Shown here piece after piece: positions 7,214 to 17,042 of a stretch of DNA of 54,714 bases. Location: NCBI GenBank assembly GCA_027492975.1, contig JAPUDS010000022.1, positions 1-54,714 on the forward strand, given 5' to 3'. Source of the stretch: Candidatus Saccharimonadota bacterium. GTDB taxonomy: Bacteria > Patescibacteriota > Saccharimonadia > Saccharimonadales > Saccharimonadaceae. The position numbers were made by a program, and so were the translations under genes. Every line of letters begins with the position of its first letter. Position 1 is the stretch's first letter. The notes under the pieces were generated by a model that worked only from the letters and a program-made list of their open reading frames with translations, did not search any database and was not told where the DNA came from.

Positions 7214-8254
7214 ATGATAAAACGCCTGTCTGTAAAGCAGTGGCTAAATATCGTCACGCTCGTGCTTGTGGCGCTCGTCGTTTTTTTTGCGCGGCACGAC
7301 TTGGTCAGGGCGTGGGAGCTGTTATGGCAGGTGAATCTCTGGGTATTTCTGCTCGTTATCCCGCTACAGTTTGTAAGTTACTTTGCAAGCGGGGCGACGA
7401 TCTTTTCGTATCTGAAAATGCGTGGCGACCTCAAGGGTTTGCCACCGCTTGAGCAGCCGAAAATGGCGCTTGAGCTAAATTTCGTGAACCACATATTCCC
7501 GACAGCCGGGGTTTCCGGTGCTTCATATATGACCTACCGGCTAGGGAAACTTGGGGTGAACCACGGTCGGGCGACGCTCGCGCAGTTTGTACGTTTGAGC
7601 GCGACATTTGTGTCGTTCGCGGCACTGATGATCATCGCGGTGCTCTGGGTGACTGTTGATGGTGAGCTGACGCGGTTTACGATACTTGTTGCAAGTAGTT
7701 TGCTGACGATAATTCTAGGAGCGATAATAGCGACTATCTTTTTGCTCGGTAGTCAGAAGCGACTTGCTAAGTTTGAAGCGTTACTTGATGATGTGCTGAA
7801 CAAACGAGTTGCAAAGTGGTTTGGCCGAGGAAAGCCGTTTGTGCAGCGCGAAAAGTTACATGATTTTCTAGCTGACTTGCATGACGACTACGTGACATTG
7901 AGAGCTGATCCGCGTTGTCTCGTCGGGCCTTTTTGGTGGGGCGTGCTGTTCAATGTTGCTGAGGTGCTGATGTATTTTGTGGCGTTTTGGTCGCTTGGTT
8001 CGTTTGTCAACCCAGCATCGATACTTATCGCTATCGGTCTCGCCGGACTTGTCGGGACATTTCTCGTGACGCCGGGCGGTGCTGGCGGGTTTGAAGCTGC
8101 CATGATACTTTTCTTAACTTCTGCGGGCGTACCGCCATCTATCTCTGTCGCTGGTGTTCTGTTGACCCGTTCAGTACTGCTGCTTATCACGATCCTCTCC
8201 GGCTACGTGTTTTATAATGCGGCGATGAAGAAATATGGAAAACCTAGTCGTTAG
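7214..8254 (+). CDS. Polytopic membrane protein, flippase-like / lysylphosphatidylglycerol-synthase TM-region family (UPF0104-like)
   Basis: About 8 hydrophobic helices, an N-terminus WLNIVTLVLVALVVFFA, and a GG-rich helix TPGGAGGFEAAM typical of this family. The start was chosen at the ATG at 7214. Confidence 0.5.
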   Translation: MIKRLSVKQWLNIVTLVLVALVVFFARHDLVRAWELLWQVNLWVFLLVIPLQFVSYFASGATIFSYLKMRGDLKGLPPLEQPKMALELNFVNHIFPTAGVSGASYMTYRLGKLGVNHGRATLAQFVRLSATFVSFAALMIIAVLWVTVDGELTRFTILVASSLLTIILGAIIATIFLLGSQKRLAKFEALLDDVLNKRVAKWFGRGKPFVQREKLHDFLADLHDDYVTLRADPRCLVGPFWWGVLFNVAEVLMYFVAFWSLGSFVNPASILIAIGLAGLVGTFLVTPGGAGGFEAAMILFLTSAGVPPSISVAGVLLTRSVLLLITILSGYVFYNAAMKKYGKPSR

Positions 8255-9326
8255 CGTTTCGGACGCTATAGAACTTATCAACCAAACGCTCGACTATGCT
8301 TTTCCGACACTGGTTATAGAGGGCGAAGTAGCGAGCTTCAAAGTCAATCAGGGAAAGTTTGTCTTTTTCGATATAAAAGATGATGGCGGGACGCTCGGTT
8401 GTTTTATGATGGTATTTCAGCTGCGACAACCCGTTGAGGATGGTATGCGAGTGCGGGTTGTCGTGAGCCCGAAAGTAACAAACTGGGGAAAATTTAGCCT
8501 GACGGTGCGAGATATTCAGCCGGTGGGCGAGGGAAGCTTAAAACGAGCGTTCGAGCTCTTGAAAGAGAAGTTAGATAAAGAAGGGCTGTTTGTACCGGAG
8601 CGCAAACGGACACTGCCGGCGTTTCCGGAGCGGATAGCCGTTATCTCTAGTACGCAGGCGGCGGGGTATGCTGATTTTGTACGACTTTTGAATGAGCGAT
8701 GGGGCGGCGTGCAGGTTGATGTGGCGCATGTTCAGGTGCAAGGGATCGAAGCGCCGAAGCAGATTATCCGAGCATTGCAGTATTTTAATGAACAGGAAAA
8801 CCTGCCGGAAATCATCGTCATCGTTCGCGGTGGCGGCAGCGCGGATGACCTCGCAGCGTTCAATGATGAACCGCTTGTGCGAGCTATCGCCGCAAGTCGC
8901 GTACCGACAGTTGTTGGGGTCGGCCATGAAGTTGACGAGAGTCTTGCTGATATGGCGGCCGATGTTCGCGCGGCGACACCGAGCCACGCAGCCCAACTGA
9001 TCGTTCCCGACAAGCACGACGTTCTTCGCGGGGCAAGACATGATGTGATGCGAGTAGCAAACGTTGTATATAGAGCAACAGATGAATTATCCAACACGAT
9101 TCGCCGACTGCTAACAGGTGCTATAGACGCGTTCGATGAACGATTTGGCCGCGTGAGCGAGCTGCTCGCTACGTCAAGGACCGTCCTTGAAGCGTATGAC
9201 CCGCAGGCGGTGCTTGCGAGAGGGTACGCTATCATACGCGGCACAGCGAAGGTTGGTGGTACGATAGAAGTTGAACAGGCAAAACGATACATAACAGCGG
9301 AGGTAACAGATGTCAGAGACAAATAA
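8235..9326 (+). CDS. xseA: Exodeoxyribonuclease VII large subunit
   Basis: N-terminal OB fold (VIEGEVASFKVNQGKFVFFDIKD). Core IAVISSTQAAGYADF and IVIVRGGGSADDLAAFNDE..VRAI. It is followed by xseB with overlapping stop and start. Confidence 0.9.
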   Translation: MENLVVSVSDAIELINQTLDYAFPTLVIEGEVASFKVNQGKFVFFDIKDDGGTLGCFMMVFQLRQPVEDGMRVRVVVSPKVTNWGKFSLTVRDIQPVGEGSLKRAFELLKEKLDKEGLFVPERKRTLPAFPERIAVISSTQAAGYADFVRLLNERWGGVQVDVAHVQVQGIEAPKQIIRALQYFNEQENLPEIIVIVRGGGSADDLAAFNDEPLVRAIAASRVPTVVGVGHEVDESLADMAADVRAATPSHAAQLIVPDKHDVLRGARHDVMRVANVVYRATDELSNTIRRLLTGAIDAFDERFGRVSELLATSRTVLEAYDPQAVLARGYAIIRGTAKVGGTIEVEQAKRYITAEVTDVRDK

Positions 9327-9513
9327 CACAGTATCAAAAAAACTTGCAAAACTAAGCGAGCTGGTCGCTTGGTTTGAAAGTGACGAGTTCGTGCTTGAGC
9401 AGGCGGTCGAGCGGTTTCATGAAGCCCAAAAACTAGCCGATGAGATAGAAGGTGATCTCGCCACACTAAAAAATGACATAGTTGTTCTGAAGAAAAAATT
9501 TGACGAGGATTGA
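9310..9513 (+). CDS. xseB: Exodeoxyribonuclease VII small subunit
   Basis: 67-aa helical protein (LSELVAWFES..LEQAVERFHEAQKLADEIEGDL) directly after xseA. Confidence 0.85.
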   Translation: MSETNNTVSKKLAKLSELVAWFESDEFVLEQAVERFHEAQKLADEIEGDLATLKNDIVVLKKKFDED

Positions 9514-10004
9514 TGACGGTTTTTCTTTGGTTGTTGGTTATATCGCTCGGGGTTGTTTTTTTCGGAGTGGTGCTTATCGGGCCGCCATTTGTGCCGGCAC
9601 TCAGGCGTGACACTGAAGCACTTTTCGAAGCTCTGAACCTCGGAGATAGGGATTTGCTGGTTGATCTTGGCGCAGGTGACGGCCGAGTGCTGCAGCTCGC
9701 GGCTGAGCGCGGCGCGAAAGTGAGTGGAGTCGAAATCAACCCGTTTCTTGTGTTTGCTGCGTGGGTTCGACTACGCCGCTTCAAGGGGTCGGTGGTGCTT
9801 GGTGATATGTGGAAATATCGTTTACCGGAGGGCACGACACATGTGTTTGCGTTTTCCGCCGAAGTTTTCATGAATAAACTTGAGCGGTATCTTACGACAC
9901 AGCGGAGTCATACCGGGGAGTTGACGGTACTGTGTTATGGATTTCGTTTTAGGGGCAGGGAACCGGAAAAAGTGATAGGTGCTTTTAATTGCTATCGGTT
10001 TTGA
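9510..10004 (+). CDS. Small membrane-anchored class I SAM-dependent methyltransferase
   Basis: N-terminal TM, then motif I LLVDLGAGDGRVL and VSGVEINP. Confidence 0.55.
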   Translation: MMTVFLWLLVISLGVVFFGVVLIGPPFVPALRRDTEALFEALNLGDRDLLVDLGAGDGRVLQLAAERGAKVSGVEINPFLVFAAWVRLRRFKGSVVLGDMWKYRLPEGTTHVFAFSAEVFMNKLERYLTTQRSHTGELTVLCYGFRFRGREPEKVIGAFNCYRF

Positions 10005-10019
10005 CTATAATAACTTTGT

Positions 10020-10670
10020 ATGAATAAACATAACCGAGAAACTGGGTCAGTCAACCCCTTGCTTATCGCAAGTATTTTACTTGGACTGGTCGCGGCAGGG
10101 TTTGCCGGGGCGTTTTTCTGGGCCTATGGCAACTACATTGACCAGCGCGATAACACAACAGAGAAGATAGATGTTGCGGTGACGGAGGCGAAAAAAGCCC
10201 AAAGTGTCGAAGACGAAAAAACGTACCTCGAGAAGGCTAAGCAGCCGTATAGCCAGCTGGTGAGTCCGGATGATCTAGGGCGCGTGACCATAAGCTACCC
10301 AAAAACATGGAGCGTCTATGTTGCAAAGTCCAGTTCGACCGACTACGAAGCGTACCTGAACCCGGTTGCTGTTCCGGCTATTTCGTCAACACAGCCATTT
10401 GGCGCGCGTATGGTGATAACGGGCAATAGTTATGACTCTGTCGTCAACAACTACTCTTCGCTCGTGAAAAAAGGTGACCTGAAATCATCGCCAGTAACAG
10501 TCAATAATTTTAACGGTATCCGACTTGATGGCAAGTTTAGTGCAACACGTTCCGGATCGGTGGTGATTTTTAAAGTTCGGGACAAAACCTTGACGCTTGC
10601 AACGGATATCGATTCGTTGAAAGGCGATTTTAACGACGTTATCGTGAATTCGCTGAACTTCAATCCGTAA
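10020..10670 (+). CDS. Hypothetical membrane-anchored extracytoplasmic protein
   Basis: N-terminal TM (LLIASILLGLVAAGFAGAFFWAY) followed by a soluble beta-rich-looking domain. No motif recognised. Confidence 0.5.
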   Translation: MNKHNRETGSVNPLLIASILLGLVAAGFAGAFFWAYGNYIDQRDNTTEKIDVAVTEAKKAQSVEDEKTYLEKAKQPYSQLVSPDDLGRVTISYPKTWSVYVAKSSSTDYEAYLNPVAVPAISSTQPFGARMVITGNSYDSVVNNYSSLVKKGDLKSSPVTVNNFNGIRLDGKFSATRSGSVVIFKVRDKTLTLATDIDSLKGDFNDVIVNSLNFNP

Positions 10671-10673
10671 TAG

Positions 10674-10696
10674 GAGAGTGTTTTCGAGATTCAGGC
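10674..10696 (+). repeat. Partial copy D of the 40-nt intergenic repeat (3' half)
   Basis: GAGAGTGTTTTCGAGATTCAGGC, starting 4 nt after the stop codon at 10668-10670 and 42 nt upstream of a TATACT box (10738-10743). Confidence 0.6.
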
Positions 10697-10751
10697 GCAA
10701 TGAAGCATAGCCACTTTTTTCGCTGCTTCTCAAGCTGTATACTAGATGTAA

Positions 10752-11459
10752 ATGAAGGAGACAGAGGGTACGCCGGTACATGTATCGTTGCCATCCATAT
10801 ACGTGGCGGCGCATGAGTTGAAGGCTCCACTCGTCCTTATGCGTCAACTAGCGCTTGAGCTACGGTCGTCGAGTTCAGAAGATGCCCAGACTATCGAGCG
10901 GCTACTGCTGACCGTCGAGCGGAGTCTTCGACTTGTTGAGCAGTTAACAAAAACCAGTCGCCTGGAGGATTCGCTGTTTGAAAGCGAGCCAGTGCTCGCG
11001 CGCGCGATCTGCCAGGCGGTGAGCGATGAGCTTACTCCGTTTGCAAAAGCATCAGGACAGGAAATTGTCGTGCGGGTGTCGAGAAAAAGCGGTGTCGCTA
11101 TCGGCCACAGGTCGTTACTCACTGCACTACTTGTGAACCTCTGTGATAACGCCATCGCGCATAATCCTACGGGTTCAAAAGTGATCATCGCGGCTAACGC
11201 AACGAAAAAAGGAGTGTTATTTAGTGTCAAAGACGAAGGCCCGCGCCTTAGTCATGGTATTTTTGACGCGATGCGTTTGCAGCTCGGGAAAGGTCCTTTG
11301 CCAGCTAGCGATAGGCCCAGGAGTAGTGGACTCGGTCTATGGATAGCCTCGCGTTTTAGTGAGGCGATGGGGGGTACTATGACTATGACGCGTCACCACG
11401 CGGCAGGTATCACTGTTTCGCTCGAATTGCCGCATTCTAAACAGATGTCGCTACTATGA
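10752..11459 (+). CDS. Cytoplasmic sensor-less histidine kinase (HisKA + HATPase_c only)
   Basis: H-box AAHELKAPL at about residue 22, N-box NLCDNAIAHN and G2 box GLGLWIASRF. No TM segment or sensory domain. Confidence 0.8.
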   Translation: MKETEGTPVHVSLPSIYVAAHELKAPLVLMRQLALELRSSSSEDAQTIERLLLTVERSLRLVEQLTKTSRLEDSLFESEPVLARAICQAVSDELTPFAKASGQEIVVRVSRKSGVAIGHRSLLTALLVNLCDNAIAHNPTGSKVIIAANATKKGVLFSVKDEGPRLSHGIFDAMRLQLGKGPLPASDRPRSSGLGLWIASRFSEAMGGTMTMTRHHAAGITVSLELPHSKQMSLL

Positions 11460-11824
11460 AAAAAGTGCTTTTGATAGAAGATGATCGTTGGCTAGCCGAC
11501 AGTTATATGCACGTACTCGCGCACGGTGGTTACGACGTGAGTTGGGCCGAAACTGCCGAAACTGCTATGCGGCTTGTCGAAGAGAGTATGCCCGACTGTA
11601 TCGTTGCTGACGTTATGCTTGGAGGCCACACTGTCTTTTCACTGCTTCATGAACTGCAAAGCTATGATGATACACAGAGTATCCCTGTTATTTTGTGTAG
11701 CAATCTGACACATGATGCGCTTGACCGTGAGCGGTTGCGCCAGTACGGAGTGACAGCAGTACTTGATAAAGGGACGTTAACGTCAGATAGACTCAGTTTG
11801 GCTATAAAGGACGCCGTCTCATGA
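11456..11824 (+). CDS. Single-domain response regulator (receiver only)
   Basis: KKVLLIEDD...DCIVADVML... receiver signature. 122 aa with no output domain. Its start overlaps the kinase stop. Confidence 0.8.
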   Translation: MKKVLLIEDDRWLADSYMHVLAHGGYDVSWAETAETAMRLVEESMPDCIVADVMLGGHTVFSLLHELQSYDDTQSIPVILCSNLTHDALDRERLRQYGVTAVLDKGTLTSDRLSLAIKDAVS

Positions 11825-12498
11825 AGCCGATTCGTACAAAAGCCATAGTGCTGCGCCGCACTAACTACGGCGAGGCGGACAGAATTTTGCAGCTACTGAC
11901 GCCGGAACACGGCAAGGTTTCGGTGATGGCAAAAGGTGTGCGCCGCGAAAAGAGCAAGCTTGCCGGTGCGGTCGAATTGTTTGCCGTGTCTGATGTTTCG
12001 CTCACACCCGGGAAGGGTGAAATCTGGACTCTCACAGGGGCCAAAATGGATACATTTTTTGCGCATATCATGACTGATTATGAACGTATGCAGTTTGCAT
12101 ATGAGGTTATAAAACAAGTATCGCGATCTGCCGAGCAGGTCAGTGATCCGGCATATTTTACGCTACTCACGACGGCACTTATGTCACTTAACGACCCGGT
12201 TGTAGCACTTGATATCACGGTAGCTTGGTTTTGGTTGCAGCTGGCCATACTCGAAGGACAGGGGTTGAATCTCGCGACCGATGTCAACGGTATGAAGTTA
12301 GTCGAAGACAAAAATTACGCTTTTGACCCGGAGACTATGGCGTTCGTGTTTGAAGAAAATGGTGAATTCACAACTGAACATATAAAACTATTGCGGCTGC
12401 TCAGCGCCCAATCACCGCAAGTGGCCACCAAAGTCAAAGGGATTACGCCGCTACTAGCTCCAGTTCGGTATCTGGCTGAGCGGGTGATTGCCGGGTAG
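11821..12498 (+). CDS. recO: DNA repair protein RecO
   Basis: N-terminal OB fold KAIVLRRTNYGEADRILQLLTPEHGKVSVMAKGVRR.KSKL, typical of RecO. Confidence 0.8.
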   Translation: MKPIRTKAIVLRRTNYGEADRILQLLTPEHGKVSVMAKGVRREKSKLAGAVELFAVSDVSLTPGKGEIWTLTGAKMDTFFAHIMTDYERMQFAYEVIKQVSRSAEQVSDPAYFTLLTTALMSLNDPVVALDITVAWFWLQLAILEGQGLNLATDVNGMKLVEDKNYAFDPETMAFVFEENGEFTTEHIKLLRLLSAQSPQVATKVKGITPLLAPVRYLAERVIAG

Positions 12499-13144
12499 GC
12501 TTTTGTAGGGCGGCTCGGTCTAAGCGGGCAGTATGGAAGATGGTTGCGACGATATTTTGGCGGAACGTGGCGAGATGTGAGTCGCGCTCCTCGGCGGTAA
12601 ATGCTTCCGGGTGTTTTTCGTGTAGTCTGTCGAAGTATAGTCCGCGAACGACCATGGCACCGATAGCACGAACTGCACGGTTGTTGATGGTCTCTGCGCC
12701 ATCCTCGGGGATACTGTCGCGAGCTTGTTTGAGGACTGGCTTGATACCGGCTTCCAAAAAGTCTTGAGCGACAAACATTTTTGCGAGCGGTTCAACTTCA
12801 CCGGTGCGCCGGTTGGTATGTACTACTGTACCGCCTCTGATAATCTCGATACGATGGAGGTCGATAGTCTCGTTATTATCAGAAATAGTAGCTTCGCCGT
12901 TTTCAATCTCATGCATCAATGACCCGGCGTATGCTTCTAGCCACTCTTTCGGCAGGCGGTATGTTTCAGAGGTGAGATAGCGCGGGTTATTGGGCGAGTA
13001 GGCAAGCCAGTCAAATATCTTATCAACGGCCGACATAGCAAATGACACACGACGTTCGTCGTGTGTCTGTTGTGGTGCCGTCTCTAACGATGCTCGCTGT
13101 TCGGGGCCAATATAACTTATGCTGGCGAAGCCGTCGTGGGGCAT
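12443..13144 (-). CDS. Hypothetical protein (orphan)
   Basis: 233-aa ORF with AAGGAA RBS 6 nt upstream of the ATG. Its 3' end overlaps recO by 56 nt (convergent). No motif recognised. Confidence 0.55.
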   Translation of the reverse strand: MPHDGFASISYIGPEQRASLETAPQQTHDERRVSFAMSAVDKIFDWLAYSPNNPRYLTSETYRLPKEWLEAYAGSLMHEIENGEATISDNNETIDLHRIEIIRGGTVVHTNRRTGEVEPLAKMFVAQDFLEAGIKPVLKQARDSIPEDGAETINNRAVRAIGAMVVRGLYFDRLHEKHPEAFTAEERDSHLATFRQNIVATIFHTARLDRAALQKPTRQSPAQPDTELELVAA

Positions 13145-13310
13145 GAAAGATTCCTTTTCTACTGTTTATCTTACAAGACCTTACCTTTACCATACTCCTT
13201 ACGTTTGCTGCCGTCAACTGTAAAAATAAGACAAATTGAAGAGGGCCGTCACCCTCTCTCTGTAGTAGGAAAGGGTAACGGCCCCAGGTGGACAATAGTG
13301 AGATGACGAG

Positions 13311-14027
13311 CTAGTGGACTCGAGTCTCTTGGGCGGCGAACTTCTTTGCCAGCCGAGCGCGGCGCGTGTCGGACACTTCGAGAAGCCGCAAGGCTTGCTG
13401 CTTGCGTCGATCGCTGGCGTCGTGGCCGGCGACCCACACAGCTGAGTTGACAGAGTCTTTGTCGCCCGTCAAGGACTGTGTGAGTAAAAGCCACCAGTAA
13501 GCAAGTCGCTCAACCGATGCGAATTCCTGCCACTGCTGCTCTTCGACTTCCTCGAGTTTGTCGAGGATGGCTTCGATCTGCCGGCGAGCGTAGTCGGCCA
13601 TGTTCATGGCGACGAAGATCTGCGCCAGCAGTAGCTCATCGAGTAAATACTTCGGAGTGCCGTACTCGTGAAGCTCCATGGCGCCCTGTACGGCGCCGCG
13701 AGCGGCGGGAATTTCACCTTGTGACAGGAAGTACCGGGCGTGACCGTCACGGTACCAGTCCCCGAGCATCTCGGGGGTGAAGTCATTCCAGCCCGGCATG
13801 TCGCTCCAGCGAAGCTGCGTAGCTTTCTTGTCGCGGCCGAGTCGCATCAGGGCGGTGATGTGCTGATACGTCACTGCTGGGTTGCTGAAGCGGCGTATTC
13901 CCTTGGCCGAACAGATGCGGTCGAGTGCTGCCTCGGCGATCCTCACCGTTTCGCGGTAGTCGCCCTGAGCATTGAGTCGCCGCAGCTCTTTCTCCAGTTG
14001 TTCTTCATCTATAACTATAACGCTCAT
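13311..14027 (-). CDS. Hypothetical helical-repeat (TPR-like?) protein in a GC-rich islet
   Basis: 238-aa ORF with GAGGAAGGA RBS 5 nt upstream. All-helical-looking sequence. Locally elevated G+C (36/60 in line 13561) with spurious ORFs open in other frames. Confidence 0.6.
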   Translation of the reverse strand: MSVIVIDEEQLEKELRRLNAQGDYRETVRIAEAALDRICSAKGIRRFSNPAVTYQHITALMRLGRDKKATQLRWSDMPGWNDFTPEMLGDWYRDGHARYFLSQGEIPAARGAVQGAMELHEYGTPKYLLDELLLAQIFVAMNMADYARRQIEAILDKLEEVEEQQWQEFASVERLAYWWLLLTQSLTGDKDSVNSAVWVAGHDASDRRKQQALRLLEVSDTRRARLAKKFAAQETRVH

Positions 14028-14193
14028 AGTATCCTTCCTCGGGTAGAGCGGTTGTCAATGTTCAATTGTCCTAAATGTAATTATAATGTGAAAATATATT
14101 CATGTCAAATAATTGCATAACGCTATTGTTTTAGAGTGATGTTCGTGTTATAACAGAGGTATACGTAAAATTGTATAAAGAAACACGAAAACT

Positions 14194-16260
14194 ATGGAAA
14201 CATCCGGGACATCCGAACAGCACAGAGGCGAATTTGGCAAATACAAGGACCTTTCAGGCGAGCAGCTGCTAGGAGAATTGTTAGAAGACCAAAACGGAAA
14301 TACACAGCTGCAGCAACTTATCGTCGAATACGGTATGGAAAGCCTGAAAATCAATCCTTCAAGAGAACGACTCTCGGAACTTGCGGGTAGGATGGATGGG
14401 ATAGCTGAAAATCTAAAAAACGTACCTTCGCCCGAAAATACCATAGCTCCCGATGACGCTGTAGCTGCTATCGACCGATACAACGCCGCCGCGGTTGCTC
14501 ATGGCGAACAAGCGCCAGTGCTCGCTGAGTACGCTACCGCTGTTGATGATATATATAGCCGGCGTGCGGCTGGACGAACCGAACCACCGAAGGGACCAGC
14601 GCCTCCAGCGCCATCGGGAGGGGAAGGTGGTTCAGGCGGTCGGCTACATCTTACACCGGAGGCCGCAAAGCTCGAAGAATCGCTAGATGCGTGGTCAAGT
14701 GAAGCGCGTAGAAAAGCTCAGGCGAGAAGAAATCGTCACGCCCAGGCCGATGCTCAAAAGACAGGACGCGATGGGACGGTTGGTGTGGAAGGGACGAGTA
14801 CCGCAGACCCGCCTGTTGTCGAGGGCGGAGAAGGTGGCTCGTCGGCGGAGTCGGATCTCGCTACGGCTATTCGGGAAGAAAAGGAAGCTACCGCTCGGGT
14901 TGATGCAGCAGAAAAAGGTTCTGAAGAATTTATAAATGCGCTGCAAGAACAGATCGAGGCCCAGCGATGGGTTCAGGAGCTGCTGGATCGACAGGGCGGC
15001 GAACCGGGGCCGGATGAAACCGAACTCAAGCCTGAACCTGAACCCGAACCCGAACCCGAGTCGACACCTCCAGGGTCCTCTGATCTTTCTGGTGACAATA
15101 GTCAAGAATCACCCGACGAAGCGCTACATGCTCACTATCAGGAGTCGCAAAACCAAACAAACGAGGCGCTTCGCGCGCTTGCGGACGCAGAGGAGCTGCA
15201 TGGTGCGGATTCTCAGGAAGTTAGAGATGCGCGAGATGCACTTGCCGCAGCGCAAGCGCAGGAAAATGAGGCGTACGATGCATGGCGACCAGGTGCGTCC
15301 AGGACCGAATCTGGTCCAACACCTGAACCTGAGCCAGAACCTGAACCTGAACCCGGCCCTGAACCTGGCTCCGAATCAGAGCCGGCACCTAGTCCTGAGC
15401 CTGAGCCTGAGCCAACGCCAGAACCAGAACCAACATTTGAGCCGCCAGTAACGTCTGAACCTACGCCAGGCTCCGAACTTCCCAGTGCTCCGCCGAACAC
15501 TACAGAGACCATATCCGGTGCGGATGAAGCCTATGACACACTCCCCGAAGGTATAGGTGGCTCCGTAGAATCTTTGGGTGGAGCTTCACCAGAGTCGGCC
15601 CCGACGTCCGAAGAGGGGTCGATGACCGCTGACGAAGCATTTGACTCGCTTCCGGAAGGAATTAACCAACCTGTAAGCGAAGCGCCTGGTCCGGTCGAGT
15701 CTGAACCAACGCCAGAACCAGGATCTAGTTCAGAACTAGTACCAGAACCAAGCCCCGAGCCAACACCGGAACCTACCCCGGGCCGCATTGCAGAGGACGA
15801 TATTCGTGCGCGCGAGGAAGCTGAGCTTGAACGTCGTCGTAGCGGAGAGTCGTCAGGAGTAGCTACCGGGACACCGGAACGGCCAGAGACACCCAAGCTT
15901 GAGACAGAGCCTACCCCTAGTCGCCCGGCGGAGGATGGTATTCGTGAACTGATGGATGAAAATAAGATAAATCTTGCAGCGGCTGAAGAAGAGTTACAGC
16001 TTGCCGAGCGTTCTCGAAACATGATCACTGAACGTGTGGCCGCATGGCGTCAGGTGATCGAGAGCGCGCCCCGTCGCGGTCAGTTTGCATCTGTAGAAAG
16101 CCAACAAGCCGGACAGGGTATGCTGGAACTCCTTGAGCAGCAGGAAAAGGACGCGCAGCAGCGGTACGACAAAGCAGTAGAGCTCCGAGAGCGGATCTTG
16201 ACGGGTCAGCGTGAGCTGCAGGAACTTCTCGACCGACAACGACAAAACGTCTCCGAATAA
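14194..16260 (+). CDS. Large hyper-acidic, Pro/Glu-repeat (PEPEPE) low-complexity protein with coiled-coil ends
   Basis: 688-aa ORF with runs PEPEPEPEPES and PEPEPEPEPEPGPEPGSESEPAPSPEPEPEPTPEPEP. ELLDRQ is repeated near the middle and at the C-terminus. No signal peptide. Confidence 0.65.
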   Translation: METSGTSEQHRGEFGKYKDLSGEQLLGELLEDQNGNTQLQQLIVEYGMESLKINPSRERLSELAGRMDGIAENLKNVPSPENTIAPDDAVAAIDRYNAAAVAHGEQAPVLAEYATAVDDIYSRRAAGRTEPPKGPAPPAPSGGEGGSGGRLHLTPEAAKLEESLDAWSSEARRKAQARRNRHAQADAQKTGRDGTVGVEGTSTADPPVVEGGEGGSSAESDLATAIREEKEATARVDAAEKGSEEFINALQEQIEAQRWVQELLDRQGGEPGPDETELKPEPEPEPEPESTPPGSSDLSGDNSQESPDEALHAHYQESQNQTNEALRALADAEELHGADSQEVRDARDALAAAQAQENEAYDAWRPGASRTESGPTPEPEPEPEPEPGPEPGSESEPAPSPEPEPEPTPEPEPTFEPPVTSEPTPGSELPSAPPNTTETISGADEAYDTLPEGIGGSVESLGGASPESAPTSEEGSMTADEAFDSLPEGINQPVSEAPGPVESEPTPEPGSSSELVPEPSPEPTPEPTPGRIAEDDIRAREEAELERRRSGESSGVATGTPERPETPKLETEPTPSRPAEDGIRELMDENKINLAAAEEELQLAERSRNMITERVAAWRQVIESAPRRGQFASVESQQAGQGMLELLEQQEKDAQQRYDKAVELRERILTGQRELQELLDRQRQNVSE

Positions 16261-16376
16261 ACCACCCCAAAGTCCGCTAACAGAGAAATATTGCATAACA
16301 GTTGACTTTTTATAGTTCTTATGCTACTATGGTTATAGTAATCAAATAACCAAAAGCAAAAGGACGCCACAATACC

Positions 16377-17042
16377 ATGACTAAAGAAGCAAATGAAGCG
16401 ACCAAACCTCACTTGGACCGCAAACAACAGGATGCTGCATCAAAAGCTGAATTTCTAAAGTGGTGGGGTAGCTTGAAGATGGATGGCACAGACAAGCCGT
16501 ACGAGCAGCCTTTCGGAGAAGACGGCGATACTATGATATACGAGATATCAGATAAGGGGATTATGGTAGGAGATTTAGTTGTAACAACGGATTATATTCG
16601 AAAGGAAGAAGAAGCTGGCGGGTTTCGTTATTGTTTGGTTGACCTTCGACCTGGCGTCTGGGCTTCAACATCTGTTCAGGAAAAACCAGAAGCTCTGGAC
16701 TGGCTCGTTGCTATGAATGTTCTCCAGCCAAACGAGGCAGAGCAATTTAAGATTCAGAGCCTGCTCACTGATGATGATTCCATTCTCGAACACACGGCTG
16801 TTACGGCGTACATGAAGGAGCTCGAAGCCGGACATACCGATCTGAGCTTTGAAGAGTGGGAGAAGGAGCAAAATGGTGGTGATGAGATTAGTCAAGAAGC
16901 TATCGATGCAATGACTCGTGATATTTTGGATGGTCTCGAGGAACTTGCGCAGCGGCTTCAATCTCGGCGATCTCTTGGTGGTCGTGCTGTTGATGCCGTT
17001 CGTTCTGCGACTCGTAGTCTGAAGCCGAAACGACGGAAATAG
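16377..17042 (+). CDS. Hypothetical acidic protein with basic C-terminal tail
   Basis: 221-aa ORF preceded by TTGACT-17 nt-TACTAT (16302-16330). No motif recognised. Confidence 0.55.
   Translation: MTKEANEATKPHLDRKQQDAASKAEFLKWWGSLKMDGTDKPYEQPFGEDGDTMIYEISDKGIMVGDLVVTTDYIRKEEEAGGFRYCLVDLRPGVWASTSVQEKPEALDWLVAMNVLQPNEAEQFKIQSLLTDDDSILEHTAVTAYMKELEAGHTDLSFEEWEKEQNGGDEISQEAIDAMTRDILDGLEELAQRLQSRRSLGGRAVDAVRSATRSLKPKRRK

Noticed and set aside
8732-9871. 379-aa ORF on the minus strand
   Set aside because: It lies antisense to xseA/xseB and the 9510 gene. The translation is S/T/R/A/P-rich low complexity without motifs, while the plus-strand genes have clear family signatures.
15025-15450. Regular short repeats that might suggest a CRISPR array
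   Set aside because: They are contiguous hexanucleotide (Pro-Glu codon) repeats inside a long ORF. There are no spacers of 25-40 nt and no 25-40-nt repeat unit. No CRISPR-like array was seen anywhere in the window.
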